From the NCBI GenBank assembly GCA_047600485.1, contig JASGKS010000001.1:6592259-6656258 (forward strand): 64,000 nucleotides of DNA, written 5' to 3'. Positions within the stretch are counted from its first letter, which is position 1, and every line of letters begins with the position of its first letter. The notes beneath the pieces were generated by a model. It was not told where the DNA came from. It searched no databases and was given only the letters and a program-made list of their open reading frames with translations. A program made the position numbers and the translations under genes. Below are positions 43,887 to 53,776 of the stretch, piece by piece. This DNA is from Archangium sp. (GTDB taxonomy: Bacteria; Myxococcota; Myxococcia; Myxococcales; Myxococcaceae).

Positions 43887-46163
43887 TTGATGCGACTTCT
43901 TCCTCTCCTCCTCGCGCTCTCTGCCTGCGGCGGCATCACCAACAAACTCTGCGGCGCGCCCGGCCAGCCGTGCTGCGCTTCGTCGACCTGCGACACCGGA
44001 GCGCTCTGCTCCGCGGCCGACCTCTGCGAAGCGTGCGGCGGCGAAACGCAGAAGTGCTGCGGCGATTCCTGCTCGGGAAACTTGAGCTGCATGAGCGGCA
44101 CCTGCGTCGCCGCCCTCTCGTGCACCACCACCTGCACGCTCGGCGCGCGTCGCTGCGCGAACAACGGCATCGAGACCTGCAGCTCCACCGGCGTCTGCCC
44201 CGAGTGGCTCAACACGCTCACCACCTGCCCGAGCGGCTCGCTGTGCATGAACGCCGGCTCCAACGCCGACTGCGTCGAGACCTGCCCCGGCGCGTGCACC
44301 GTCGACGCACAACTCTGCACCAACGAAGGCCTGCGCATCTGCGTCGCGAGCGGCGCCTGCCCCACGCTCAACGCGCTCACCGACGACACCGAAGCGCCCA
44401 TCTGCCTCACCGGCGGCTCCATCACGCCCGAGCTCACCTGGGAAAGCCCGACGCCCATCGGTCAGCGCTTCATCGACATCGCGGGAGAACTGCGCGGCAG
44501 CTACTGGCTCCTCGACGACCTCGGCAACATCGTCCACTACGCGCTCGGCCCGTGGGAATACGAGCTGCGCCCCACCGCGGGAAAACGCATGAAGCACCTC
44601 GCGTCGTGCGGGCAGGGCTCCATCCTCTACGCGGCCGGTGAAGGCGGCACCGTCTTCCACCGCTCCGGCGGAACGTGGAACGAAGAGAGCGTCGGCAGCA
44701 CCACGCTCCTCACCGACGTGGCGTGTGACTCGACGCGCGCGTTCGCCAGCGGCTCCGACGGCAAGGTCTACGTGCGCAGCGGCTCGACGTGGACCGGCTA
44801 CGCCACAGGCGTGAACGTGCCCTTCACCTCGGTGACCTCGCTCTTCTCACTGCAGCAAATCTTCCTCGGCGGCGAGAACGGGCTCATCGTGAAGTGCGAA
44901 GCGGCGACGCTCCCGCCGACGTGCACCACGGCGACGACCAACACCACGGTCACCATCAACGCGCTGTTCGGCGACACGTACACCAACACCGTCTACGCGG
45001 TCGGGCCCAACGGCACGCTGCTCGAAGGCCGCGGTGGAACGTGGACGCGCGGCAACCTCCCGAACGTGACGGGCAACCTGGTGGGCATCACCGCGTACAA
45101 CGACGGCATCGCGAGCATGAGCACCGCGGTGGCCATCGCCGACAACGGCACAGCCATCATCCGCCGCACGGACGCGGTGCAGGAAATCGTTCAGGTGCCC
45201 GACACGGGCCTCACCGCCGCGTGGGTACCGGCCGACGACACCGTCATCTTCACCGGCGACCACGGAGGCATCTGGTACCGCAACGGTCTCTTCACCTCGC
45301 GCCCCTTCTTCGCGCGCGGAGGACGACGGCCGCTCACGCAGAACCTCACCGCGGTGACGAGCATCGGCGGCGGGCGGCTCTTCGCGGTCGGCGAAAACGG
45401 CACGCGCGTGCGCCGGCAGAACGGCGTGTGGAGCGTCGACGCGCTCGGAGTGACCACCACGCAATCACTCCGCTCCATCGCCGCGCGCAATGCGGGCGAA
45501 ATCTACGCCGTCGGCGACGGCGGCACGGTGATGCTGCGCCGCTACGGCACGTGGGTCTTCGACGCGGTCGGCCTCACCATCGAGAACCTCTCGAGCGTGA
45601 TGCTCGACGACACGCGGCTGTGGGCGCTCGGCGAGTCGCACCTCTTCGAGAAGAACTTTGCGACGGGCATGTGGCGCTCCATCGCGCTGCCGCCCGCGTT
45701 CATGCCGCTGACGATGGCGCTCAAGAAGTCGGGCGGCGCCGCGCAGGAACTCGTGGTCGCTGGTGACCACTGCGCGACGTTCAGCTTCGGCCTCACCGAC
45801 GACAGCTTCACCGCGGGGCCGCCGTGCACGATGCGCTACCTGCTCACCTCGGCGGCGTTCGCGTCGAATGGAGATCTGCTGGTCGGCACCGACGAAGGCA
45901 CCATCTTGAAGCGCACCGGCACGACGATGAACTTCGAGAACGTGATGGGCGCGGTGCGACTCGAACCCTTCCTCGGCCTCATCGCGGACGGCTCGACGAT
46001 GTGGGCGGTCGGGACGACGGGCGCGCTCTACCGGCGTGTGGCGGGCAACTGGTCTGACGCGGCGCCCGACGTCACGACGGTCGATCTCACAGCCGGAGCC
46101 GTCGACGACGCGGACGGTCTCTTCCTCGTCGGAGCACACGGCGTCGTCCTCCGCCGCCCCTGA
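43887..46163 (+). CDS. Lipoprotein: N-terminal Cys-rich region plus beta-propeller-like repeats
   Basis: Lipobox (LALSAC|G), then repeated G-x-VY/GT...G.TW motifs. Confidence 0.65.
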   Translation: MMRLLPLLLALSACGGITNKLCGAPGQPCCASSTCDTGALCSAADLCEACGGETQKCCGDSCSGNLSCMSGTCVAALSCTTTCTLGARRCANNGIETCSSTGVCPEWLNTLTTCPSGSLCMNAGSNADCVETCPGACTVDAQLCTNEGLRICVASGACPTLNALTDDTEAPICLTGGSITPELTWESPTPIGQRFIDIAGELRGSYWLLDDLGNIVHYALGPWEYELRPTAGKRMKHLASCGQGSILYAAGEGGTVFHRSGGTWNEESVGSTTLLTDVACDSTRAFASGSDGKVYVRSGSTWTGYATGVNVPFTSVTSLFSLQQIFLGGENGLIVKCEAATLPPTCTTATTNTTVTINALFGDTYTNTVYAVGPNGTLLEGRGGTWTRGNLPNVTGNLVGITAYNDGIASMSTAVAIADNGTAIIRRTDAVQEIVQVPDTGLTAAWVPADDTVIFTGDHGGIWYRNGLFTSRPFFARGGRRPLTQNLTAVTSIGGGRLFAVGENGTRVRRQNGVWSVDALGVTTTQSLRSIAARNAGEIYAVGDGGTVMLRRYGTWVFDAVGLTIENLSSVMLDDTRLWALGESHLFEKNFATGMWRSIALPPAFMPLTMALKKSGGAAQELVVAGDHCATFSFGLTDDSFTAGPPCTMRYLLTSAAFASNGDLLVGTDEGTILKRTGTTMNFENVMGAVRLEPFLGLIADGSTMWAVGTTGALYRRVAGNWSDAAPDVTTVDLTAGAVDDADGLFLVGAHGVVLRRP

Positions 46164-46168
46164 CTCCG

Positions 46169-46199
46169 CGAAGCGGGGAGAGGGCCGGGGTGAGGGGCA
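46169..46199. repeat. Palindromic repeat (half copy); direct repeat of 47044-47071
   Basis: aagcggggagagggccggggtgagggg is identical at both sites. Confidence 0.75.
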
Positions 46200-46256
46200 T
46201 TCCCAAGCACAGCCAATGGTTTGCACACCACGTCGCAAGCCCGGAGTCAGGCCGGC

Positions 46257-47027
46257 ATGTCGATGCCGCCCCCACTTCCGCTCGAGCCCGGTGAGACCCT
46301 CGTGATGTCCGGAGGTCGCGGCTGGCACGCGTGGCTCTTCACCATCGTGCTGATGCCGATGCTGTGCGCCTTCGTTCCGCTCTTCGCATTGCCGTGGCTC
46401 TTCTCGGGCCGATACTGGCTCACGCAGCGCCGCCTCATCTTCAAGACGCCACTGGGCAAACCGCAGGTGATGTTGCTCAAGGAGCTGAAGAACCTCGAGG
46501 TGGTCGGCAAGCGCGCGACGCTCTCGCTGCAGCACCCGGGCGGCACAATCACCATGCGCTTCATCGAAGACTTCCACCGCGTGTGGGGCGCGATTCTGCT
46601 GCTCGCCGAGCTCCCGGTGCCCACGCAGCTCGGAGCGCCGCAGGTGCACTACCGCGTCGCACCCTCGACGTTGACGTTCCCCGGCGGCTTTCAGGCGGGC
46701 TACGGCGTGAGCTTCAACCGGCAGCTGGTGTTCTTGCCCAACGAGCGCCCGCGCAACACGGTCGCGGAAGGAGCGAAGATCGCCGGTCAGCTCGCGCTCG
46801 CGTTGGTCGGCGTGCACATGGCGCGCTACCAGGCGAAGTTGCCGTTCGACGTGTGGCTCGGGCTGTGGCGGCACCTCTCGACCGCGGAGTTCGACGCGCT
46901 GTTGTCGAAGACGGCGGCGCTGCGCGGCGGGCGCGTGTTGCCGCTCGAAAACCTCGAGCACGAATCACCGACCCTCTACCGCGCCGGAGAACTCAAGCTG
47001 CGAGCCGCCACTCCCCTGTTCAGCTAA
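46257..47027 (+). CDS. Hypothetical membrane protein
   Basis: Two TM helices near the N-terminus. Flanked by direct repeat copies. Confidence 0.5.
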   Translation: MSMPPPLPLEPGETLVMSGGRGWHAWLFTIVLMPMLCAFVPLFALPWLFSGRYWLTQRRLIFKTPLGKPQVMLLKELKNLEVVGKRATLSLQHPGGTITMRFIEDFHRVWGAILLLAELPVPTQLGAPQVHYRVAPSTLTFPGGFQAGYGVSFNRQLVFLPNERPRNTVAEGAKIAGQLALALVGVHMARYQAKLPFDVWLGLWRHLSTAEFDALLSKTAALRGGRVLPLENLEHESPTLYRAGELKLRAATPLFS

Positions 47028-47028
47028 C

Positions 47029-47072
47029 TCCCTCTCCCTGCAAAGCGGGGAGAGGGCCGGGGTGAGGGGCCG
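47029..47072. repeat. Palindromic repeat element copy
   Basis: ctccctctccctgcaaagcggggagagggccggggtgaggggcc. Confidence 0.8.
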
Positions 47073-47079
47073 GTAGACC

Positions 47080-47475
47080 TCAGGGCCGCGGACCCAACAA
47101 GTCCCACCTGTTCCCAGCGAAGTCGACGAACACCGCCACCCGCCCGTACTTCTCATCGCGCGGCTCCGTCGCGAACTTCACACCGTGCGCCCGCATCCGC
47201 TTCTCCGCCGCAGCAAAATCATCGACGCGCAGAAACAGCCCGACACGCCCGGCGAACTGCGCACCGACGACGTGCTCCTGATGTGCATCGGCCTTCGCGA
47301 GCAACAGCCCCGTCGCACCACCGCGCGGCCGCACCACGACCCACCGCTTCGCGCGACCGTCGTTGGTGAGTGACGGCACGTCTTCGATGAGCTCGAAGTC
47401 GAGCGCGTCGACGAAGAAGGCAATCGCCTCGTCGTAGTCGCGCACCACGAAGCTGACGAGGTCGAGCTGACTCAC
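47080..47475 (-). CDS. VOC/glyoxalase-bleomycin resistance family protein
   Basis: 131 aa with a typical VOC beta-alpha-beta pattern (VSFVVRDYDEAIAFFVDALDFELIED). Confidence 0.75.
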   Translation of the reverse strand: MSQLDLVSFVVRDYDEAIAFFVDALDFELIEDVPSLTNDGRAKRWVVVRPRGGATGLLLAKADAHQEHVVGAQFAGRVGLFLRVDDFAAAEKRMRAHGVKFATEPRDEKYGRVAVFVDFAGNRWDLLGPRP

Positions 47476-48068
47476 AACTCGGTGATGGTGGTGATGGGCC
47501 CGGCGAGCCCGCGATTTTCCCAGCTCGGGTACTTCATGCGCAGCCCGCGCGGCTCGAGCGAAATCTCCGCGCTCATCACCACCTGCAGCGGCGGCTTGGT
47601 GAGCTCCGCGAACTGTCCGCTCCAGCCCTTCGAGAAATACTTCGGCGGCTGGCCCTCGCGCGTCACCTGGTACACGACGGGGTTCGACGACGAGAGCGAC
47701 GCGAGCACCTGAATCTTCGCGGGCAGCTGCGACTCGAGGAACCGGCGATTCGGAGTGCCCGGCGTGAACACGTTATTCAACGCCACCTGCATGTCGCGCA
47801 CGCGCTGCTTGATGGTGCCCGCCACCAGCGCCTCGTTCTGCGGAGCGACGGTGCCCTTGAACGCCGTGCGCACCTTCGCCTGCGCGGCCTCGGGCGTCAG
47901 GCCATCGAAGGTCTTCTTGATGATGAGGTCATCGGCGGTCGGCGGGCGCCCGAGTTTCTTCGGCAGCGAGATGTCCGGAGTCGGCGCAGGCAAAGGCTTG
48001 GTGATGGGATCGATCCGACCGGGCGTGGTGGGACGTGTCACGACATCGATTCGAGAGACCATGGGCAC
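47472..48068 (-). CDS. Hypothetical protein
   Basis: ATGA overlap with the downstream VOC gene. Pro-rich N-terminus. Confidence 0.45.
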   Translation of the reverse strand: MPMVSRIDVVTRPTTPGRIDPITKPLPAPTPDISLPKKLGRPPTADDLIIKKTFDGLTPEAAQAKVRTAFKGTVAPQNEALVAGTIKQRVRDMQVALNNVFTPGTPNRRFLESQLPAKIQVLASLSSSNPVVYQVTREGQPPKYFSKGWSGQFAELTKPPLQVVMSAEISLEPRGLRMKYPSWENRGLAGPITTITEL

Positions 48069-48094
48069 TCCTTATTAATAGGTGTGTCGCGCGC

Positions 48095-49630
48095 TCAGAA
48101 CTTGAACCCGAAGCCGCCGGTGCCGCTCGGCCGGAACGCGACGCCGACTCCGCTGCCGGTGCCGTAGAGCGCGACGCCGGCTTCACCTTCGAGCACCACC
48201 ACGAACGGGCCACCGACGAGGAAGCGCAGACCGAAGCGCGGCGCGACGACTCCGGCGACGCTGGTGAGCAGGCCCGCCGTCGTCCCCGTCTGCTGGAGCA
48301 CGAGCGCGGGTCCGACTTCCGCTCCGACGCCGAGCCACACGGGACCGAAGCGCCACGAGTACCGCCAGCCGGCGCGCGCCTCGAGACCGGTCTCCGACAC
48401 GATTCCGCGCGACGCGTACGCGACGGCGACCGCGAAGCTCAACCCGGGACCCAGCCGCGGCTCGAACCCCAGCCGCCCCGCGAGCTGCGCGCCGATGCCG
48501 CCGATGGACGGAACGACTCCGGCCGAAACACCGAGCACGCGCTCGCTCGCCCAGTCGACCGAGTCCATCACCTGCGTCGCGGTGAGCGCTCCGCCCTTGC
48601 TCGCGACGTTGACCGACGACGAAATCGCCGAGAGTTCGTCCCACTTCACCTCGCGGCGGCCCCCTTCGGCGATGGCGATGCGGCCTCCGAAGCTCTGGCC
48701 CTGTTTGTAGACGCGCAGTCCATATTGTCCCGCGGGCACGGCGACCTCACGCGTGGCACCGGTCGGCACTTCGGCGATGACCTGGTCTCGCAGCACGTCG
48801 CTCACCACGGCGCGCTCGAAGCCGAGCGGCAACACCAGCTGCGCGGTCGCGCGTTGGAGCGTGCTCATCACCAGCTCGCCCTGCCCCGAGAGTTTGTAGT
48901 CGTACGTCGGGTGCTGCGCGCCGACGGGCATCAGCGTGGTGCGCGAGACGGTCTGGTCGTAGGCGTAGCGGTAGGCCTCGGCGAGCGTGACCTGCTTGTC
49001 GCCCGAGAGGTCGGCCACGCCGCGCAAACCAGACACGAAGTGGTGCGTGAAGATGCTGCCCAGCACCTCGGCCGACTCGAGCGCGGCTTCGTTCTCGGCA
49101 GACGAAGCGATGAACGCGTCGCCGGTGCTCTGCAGCGTGTCGGTGAGCTTGATGGTGAAGGGGTCGGCCTGCTTGCCGCCCTTCTCGCGAAAGCCGGCGC
49201 CGCTGCGGCACGCGTCGACGACGACCACGCGCACGTCACCGATGCCGGAGAGAATCGACTTGAGCCGCGTGAAGGGGAGCACCTCGCTGCCGAGCTCGAG
49301 CGACTCTCCGTCGGAGTGACCGGAGAAATAGAAGAGCACCACCACGCGATTCTCGGGCGCTGACTTGATGGCGTCGGCCTGCGCGCGGAGTTTGCCGAGC
49401 GCGCCTTCGAGTTCCTTCGCTGATTTGCCCTGCAGCAACTGCAGGCGGTCAGGAGCGACGTCGCCCAGCTCGAGCAGCACGCGCGCGAATTTTCCGGCGT
49501 CGGTCTCGGCGTAGCGCAGGGGAGGCATGGTGCCCGCTCCGGCGTTGTTGCCGACGACGACGGCGAGCCGAACGGTCTCGGCGTGAGCGAGCGACGCGCA
49601 GAGCAACGTGAGAGCGAGCAGGAACCGCAT
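48095..49630 (-). CDS. Caspase-like (peptidase C14) protease with C-terminal Gly-rich beta domain
   Basis: Signal peptide, His box FYFSGHS, Cys box VVVDACRSG, and a C-terminal Gly/aromatic-rich region ending GFGFKF (beta-barrel-like). Confidence 0.75.
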   Translation of the reverse strand: MRFLLALTLLCASLAHAETVRLAVVVGNNAGAGTMPPLRYAETDAGKFARVLLELGDVAPDRLQLLQGKSAKELEGALGKLRAQADAIKSAPENRVVVLFYFSGHSDGESLELGSEVLPFTRLKSILSGIGDVRVVVVDACRSGAGFREKGGKQADPFTIKLTDTLQSTGDAFIASSAENEAALESAEVLGSIFTHHFVSGLRGVADLSGDKQVTLAEAYRYAYDQTVSRTTLMPVGAQHPTYDYKLSGQGELVMSTLQRATAQLVLPLGFERAVVSDVLRDQVIAEVPTGATREVAVPAGQYGLRVYKQGQSFGGRIAIAEGGRREVKWDELSAISSSVNVASKGGALTATQVMDSVDWASERVLGVSAGVVPSIGGIGAQLAGRLGFEPRLGPGLSFAVAVAYASRGIVSETGLEARAGWRYSWRFGPVWLGVGAEVGPALVLQQTGTTAGLLTSVAGVVAPRFGLRFLVGGPFVVVLEGEAGVALYGTGSGVGVAFRPSGTGGFGFKF

Positions 49631-49694
49631 GCGAAGGCGCAGCGTACAGCACGGATTCGCGAAGACCGAAAGCGGGCCCGGGTGAAGCGCATCG

Positions 49695-50366
49695 GTGGCA
49701 AGGTGGCAGGCCATGATTCGTCGTGCGTTGCAGCGTCTTCGGGAAGTGGGGCCACTGGAAGTGGCGCGTCGGGTGTCGGTGCGTGCGGAAGCCGCGGTGT
49801 GGAACCGGGTCTTCGTGGCGCAGACCGAAGGCGGGCCGTCGCCGGGCCCCGAGTTTCCGGAGTCCATCGCGTACGAGCCGTTGCCGTGGATGTTGGTGCG
49901 CCGGTCGATTGGAGCGCTGGAGCTGCAGCCGCACGACGTGTTCCTCGACTACGGCTGCGGCATGGGTCGAGCGTTGTTGATGGCGGCGCGTGCGGGGCCG
50001 CGGCGGGTCATCGGAGTGGACTTGATGGAGCCGCTGGTCGAGGCCGCGCGTCGCAACGCGGTGACGAGCCGCTCGCGCATCAAGTCGCCCATCGAAGTGC
50101 ACGCGGCGGACGCGATGACGTGGCAGGTGCCGGATGATGTGACGGCGGTGTACCTGTTCAACCCGTTCGTGGGGTCGGTGATGGCGGCGGTGCAGGCGCG
50201 GCTGCTCGAGTCGTTGAAGCGCAAGCCGCGCGCGGTGCGGGTGCTCTACGCGCGGGTGGCGAAGGAGCAGAACTTGTTCGCCGGGCTCGATTGGTTGCGC
50301 ATGGACCGCACGGTGGATGAGGGCGTGTTCCGTGATTTGCGGCTCGAGCTGTACGTCACGCGCTGA
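49695..50366 (+). CDS. Class I SAM-dependent methyltransferase
   Basis: Motif I LDYGCGMG and an acidic motif II. Confidence 0.7.
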   Translation: MARWQAMIRRALQRLREVGPLEVARRVSVRAEAAVWNRVFVAQTEGGPSPGPEFPESIAYEPLPWMLVRRSIGALELQPHDVFLDYGCGMGRALLMAARAGPRRVIGVDLMEPLVEAARRNAVTSRSRIKSPIEVHAADAMTWQVPDDVTAVYLFNPFVGSVMAAVQARLLESLKRKPRAVRVLYARVAKEQNLFAGLDWLRMDRTVDEGVFRDLRLELYVTR

Positions 50367-50389
50367 TCACCGGTTCGTTAGTTAACTAA

Positions 50390-51112
50390 CTAGCCTGCCA
50401 GCTGGCGCACGATCGCTGAATAGGCACGAATCTCCTCAGCAACCAACGAGCGACGATTGCGAAACCGGATCAAGATCTCTTTGATTGCTCGCGTTGCCGC
50501 TGGCGAACGATTCGCGACCTGCGTTGCGACGGCCCGCGCGTGACTCATCAACTGGTCCTCCTTGAGGACTGCATTGACTAAGCCAGCCTGAACGCCCTCC
50601 TCTGCCGTGAACCGACGCCCAGTGAGCAAGATCTCGGCACCGCGAAGAACTCCCATTCGCTCAAGCGCCAAGAACGATCCACCCATCCCAGGAATAATGC
50701 CAAGCGACAACTCCGGCTGCGAAAACCACGCTCCGTGTGCAGCGAAGACGAGATCTGACGCGAGCACCATTTCGCAACCACCGCCAACCGCCGGACCATT
50801 TACGGCGGCAATGAGCGGCACGGGCACTCTCTGAAGCTCACGCGCGAGTTGTTCAAAAGCCCGATGCGCATGAATCCATTCTTTGCTTGTCTGAGACGCC
50901 CGCTCGGATCGGTCGGCTCCAGAACAGAAGGCCCGGCCCTCGGCACTTAGGATCACAGCCCGTGCACTCCGGTCACGGCGCAGGCGGGATAGAAAACTGC
51001 ACACCGTCCGACACATCTGAACCGAGAGCGCGTTGCGAACGGAAGGCCGATTGAGTCTAATTTCTGCAACGCCCTCAGATGGCCAAGTCAGAATCGCGAG
51101 TTCGTTCGTCAT
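50390..51112 (-). CDS. Enoyl-CoA hydratase/isomerase (crotonase)-family protein
   Basis: Crotonase fold motifs (AAVNGPAVGGGCEM; FSQPELSLGIIPGMGG). Reduced GC. Confidence 0.85.
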   Translation of the reverse strand: MTNELAILTWPSEGVAEIRLNRPSVRNALSVQMCRTVCSFLSRLRRDRSARAVILSAEGRAFCSGADRSERASQTSKEWIHAHRAFEQLARELQRVPVPLIAAVNGPAVGGGCEMVLASDLVFAAHGAWFSQPELSLGIIPGMGGSFLALERMGVLRGAEILLTGRRFTAEEGVQAGLVNAVLKEDQLMSHARAVATQVANRSPAATRAIKEILIRFRNRRSLVAEEIRAYSAIVRQLAG

Positions 51113-51960
51113 TATCTTGCCCCAATCGCTAGCACGACAGCTCCAGCCAAAATCATAGTGGCGCCCAACGCGAGCGGTATTGAGGGCCGCTCTTTGAGCA
51201 AGAAGACACCTAAGACGACGTTGAGCAAGATGCTCGATCGCTTCAACGCGACAACGTAGCCTGTAGTTGCCTCAGGACGCTCAAGTGCCAAGACCATAAA
51301 AAGCAAGGATCCCGCTGCCGCAACTCCGACACTCAAAAGTGAAGGTGAAAAGACAGAAGACCGCCGAATTTCAATTCGCGCAAGAAAGATTGACGCAACT
51401 ACTAAACTAGCGACAGCCAAAAATCCCACCAAGCATCGACTTCGTGCGACTTCTTTCAATAGGAGCCCGTCGATGGCCCACATCATCGCGATGCCGATCC
51501 CCGCCCCCATCCATTGTCCACGTGGAATCTCGCGCTTTTCTTGCTGATGACGACCGAGCACAAATGTACCCAAAGCCACAACACCACATCCGATCGTCAG
51601 GGATGAGTCATAGAGCGATGTTCCGCGAAGGAGTTCAATCGTCACGACAAAGACAATGGATGTTCCAAGAAGTGGGGTCACGACAGAGACGCCGGCGTCG
51701 CGAATAGTTTTCGTAAGAAGATGATTCGAGGCTAACTCGAGGACTACATGCGCAACAAGGAGAAGCGGGAGTTCAGCGATATCTCGAAAAGACTCTTTCC
51801 GAGCAATCGCAACAACAAAGTAGACCAGTGAAGCCGTCGCAAACATCACACCATTAATTTGGCGTTGAGGAAAACCCTCGGACGCACGCTTATTCAAGCC
51901 ATTGCGAGCGGCGTCAAATACAGCACTTAGCACTGCCAACAAAACCCAAACAGACATCAC
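51112..51960 (-). CDS. EamA/DMT-superfamily transporter
   Basis: 10 TM helices with duplicated EamA halves. Low GC. Confidence 0.8.
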   Translation of the reverse strand: MMSVWVLLAVLSAVFDAARNGLNKRASEGFPQRQINGVMFATASLVYFVVAIARKESFRDIAELPLLLVAHVVLELASNHLLTKTIRDAGVSVVTPLLGTSIVFVVTIELLRGTSLYDSSLTIGCGVVALGTFVLGRHQQEKREIPRGQWMGAGIGIAMMWAIDGLLLKEVARSRCLVGFLAVASLVVASIFLARIEIRRSSVFSPSLLSVGVAAAGSLLFMVLALERPEATTGYVVALKRSSILLNVVLGVFLLKERPSIPLALGATMILAGAVVLAIGAR

Positions 51961-53045
51961 GCCACCGCGCGATGCAATGCATGAACAAGCGTCGGCCCGT
52001 CCAACTCTCCAAGGTAATCAATAATAATTCGCGTTGAGTCTCGAACGACCGAATGAGCGAGTTGCTTATCGAATGCGCGACCGGGACTACTCAAACGCCA
52101 AAGATATTCAATTCTCGAGGTCAGCGCTCCACCAAAGGTGAGCAGTTGACCCGGCACAATTCTAATCGAACGGCGGATCATCTGTTCGGCAAGCATCTGT
52201 GCCGCCTCCCGGTCAACCGGAAGCGAGTTGTTGTGCGCAAGAAGGAATGTCGCACCAGAGGGAATTCGAACCAAGTCGGAATTCTCGAACTCATTGCCAA
52301 TAGTGGTGGCGATTACCACTCCCCCGCGCTCAAGACACTCCGCCGAGAATTTCCCCGGAACTGACGGCAAAATATCAGGTTGCGCATCAGTAAACGCAAG
52401 ATCGGCGACAGCAAGTTCGACGCTCCGGCTGCGGAGCTCGCGAACGACGTCGGCACCGAGCGCTCCAGCGGCACCAACAACCACGGCTTGGCGAGTGTCT
52501 GGCGCCAATCTGTCTAGCGCGGCAATGACACCAGTCGCTGTGTACGATGACTTACCCCCGCACCCCCCTTTTTCTCGTGCAATGCCCAACACGTGCTCCG
52601 TGTGCCGGTGAAGTATGTCAGCAACACGGGCGAAGCGCCCAAAGTCCGGAGTGAGCTTCAGGATACCGCCCATTGCATTAAGTCTTGAGCCGATTGTTGC
52701 GAAGAGTTCATCGGCGATGGCTGTGAAACTTGGATTCGCCGGGTCTCTGAGAATCAAGTCAAACTCATTCGTCTTCGCACGAATTACGCACCTTCCACCT
52801 CCAACGCGAGAGCTATGCAGACCGGGCACCGAGGCAACTGACAATCGGCCCACTGCGATGTTGATTAGGCGGTTCTTGATTGCGCTCTCAAAAGAGGCGA
52901 GCGAGCGCACCGTCGCATCGGCCTCTTCGTCCGAGCATCTCGCATCAACAAGGCGCGTGCCACCATAGTGGTACACCACATCACTTCGTCCCTCATGAGC
53001 CAGCCATACGGAAGCGATGCGTGTGTCAAACATTTCTACTTCCAT
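51957..53045 (-). CDS. Glu/Leu/Phe/Val-dehydrogenase-family-like protein (atypical GGGR in place of GGGK)
   Basis: YGGTRLV ... EADATVRSLA ... RVGGGRCVI resembles the ELFV-DH N-domain, followed by a VVVGAAGALGADVV Rossmann fold. Confidence 0.55.
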   Translation of the reverse strand: MEVEMFDTRIASVWLAHEGRSDVVYHYGGTRLVDARCSDEEADATVRSLASFESAIKNRLINIAVGRLSVASVPGLHSSRVGGGRCVIRAKTNEFDLILRDPANPSFTAIADELFATIGSRLNAMGGILKLTPDFGRFARVADILHRHTEHVLGIAREKGGCGGKSSYTATGVIAALDRLAPDTRQAVVVGAAGALGADVVRELRSRSVELAVADLAFTDAQPDILPSVPGKFSAECLERGGVVIATTIGNEFENSDLVRIPSGATFLLAHNNSLPVDREAAQMLAEQMIRRSIRIVPGQLLTFGGALTSRIEYLWRLSSPGRAFDKQLAHSVVRDSTRIIIDYLGELDGPTLVHALHRAVA

Positions 53046-53776
53046 TCACTGCCTCCTTCAGAAATCGCGAGAAGCGCAGAGATGATTGCCCGACGAGCCC
53101 CTCGAAACGAGTCGATCGATCGAAGATATGTTCGTGCGCTCTCGTCCGCGGCATCATCGCTGACAATCTTTACACACGCAAAAGGAATGCCGAACCGAGA
53201 ACACGTCTGCGCAACGGCAGACGCCTCCATGTCGAGTGCAATTGCGTCCAATGAGATTCCCGCCCGAATGCTCTCACGGGCCGCAGTTGAAGCGACGAAC
53301 TTGTCGCCAGACAGGAGCAGTCCTCCGTACGAAATCGAGGCGACATTCGACAATGAAGACTTAACAATCTGCGCGAGCTTGATGTTTGCGCTAAACACAA
53401 GATCGCGATGATCGGACATTGCCTGATATTGAAGAGTGCGCTCTCCAGGGCGCGCCAGCCACGTTACGGAAGGAGAGATTCCGCCGAAGTCATGTTGGGC
53501 AAACGTCGTAGGAATCAGAATCGAGCCTACCTGGTGCTTTTCCGTGAGCGCCGCGCAGTATCCGAAATTCAGAACACATCGAAGATCAGAAGCCCCAGCC
53601 GCGAATGCGATGGCTGAGGCCGCTGCAACCTTGCCAACGCCGCTCAGCACAATGCACGACCGGGTCGGAATTGCATCTCGCTCGGGCGCGGTACGAAGAT
53701 CAACAACGCGAATCGATCCGGGCAGGTCCACCCCATCGAGTTCCTCGCGCATGGCCACCTGAATTATGGAGGTCAT
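53036..53776 (-). CDS. PNP_UDP-family nucleosidase (MTA/SAH-nucleosidase-like)
   Basis: ALDMEASAVAQTC...FACVKIVSD matches the MTAN EMEGAA...RxISD core. Confidence 0.7.
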   Translation of the reverse strand: MTSIIQVAMREELDGVDLPGSIRVVDLRTAPERDAIPTRSCIVLSGVGKVAAASAIAFAAGASDLRCVLNFGYCAALTEKHQVGSILIPTTFAQHDFGGISPSVTWLARPGERTLQYQAMSDHRDLVFSANIKLAQIVKSSLSNVASISYGGLLLSGDKFVASTAARESIRAGISLDAIALDMEASAVAQTCSRFGIPFACVKIVSDDAADESARTYLRSIDSFRGARRAIISALLAISEGGSEWK

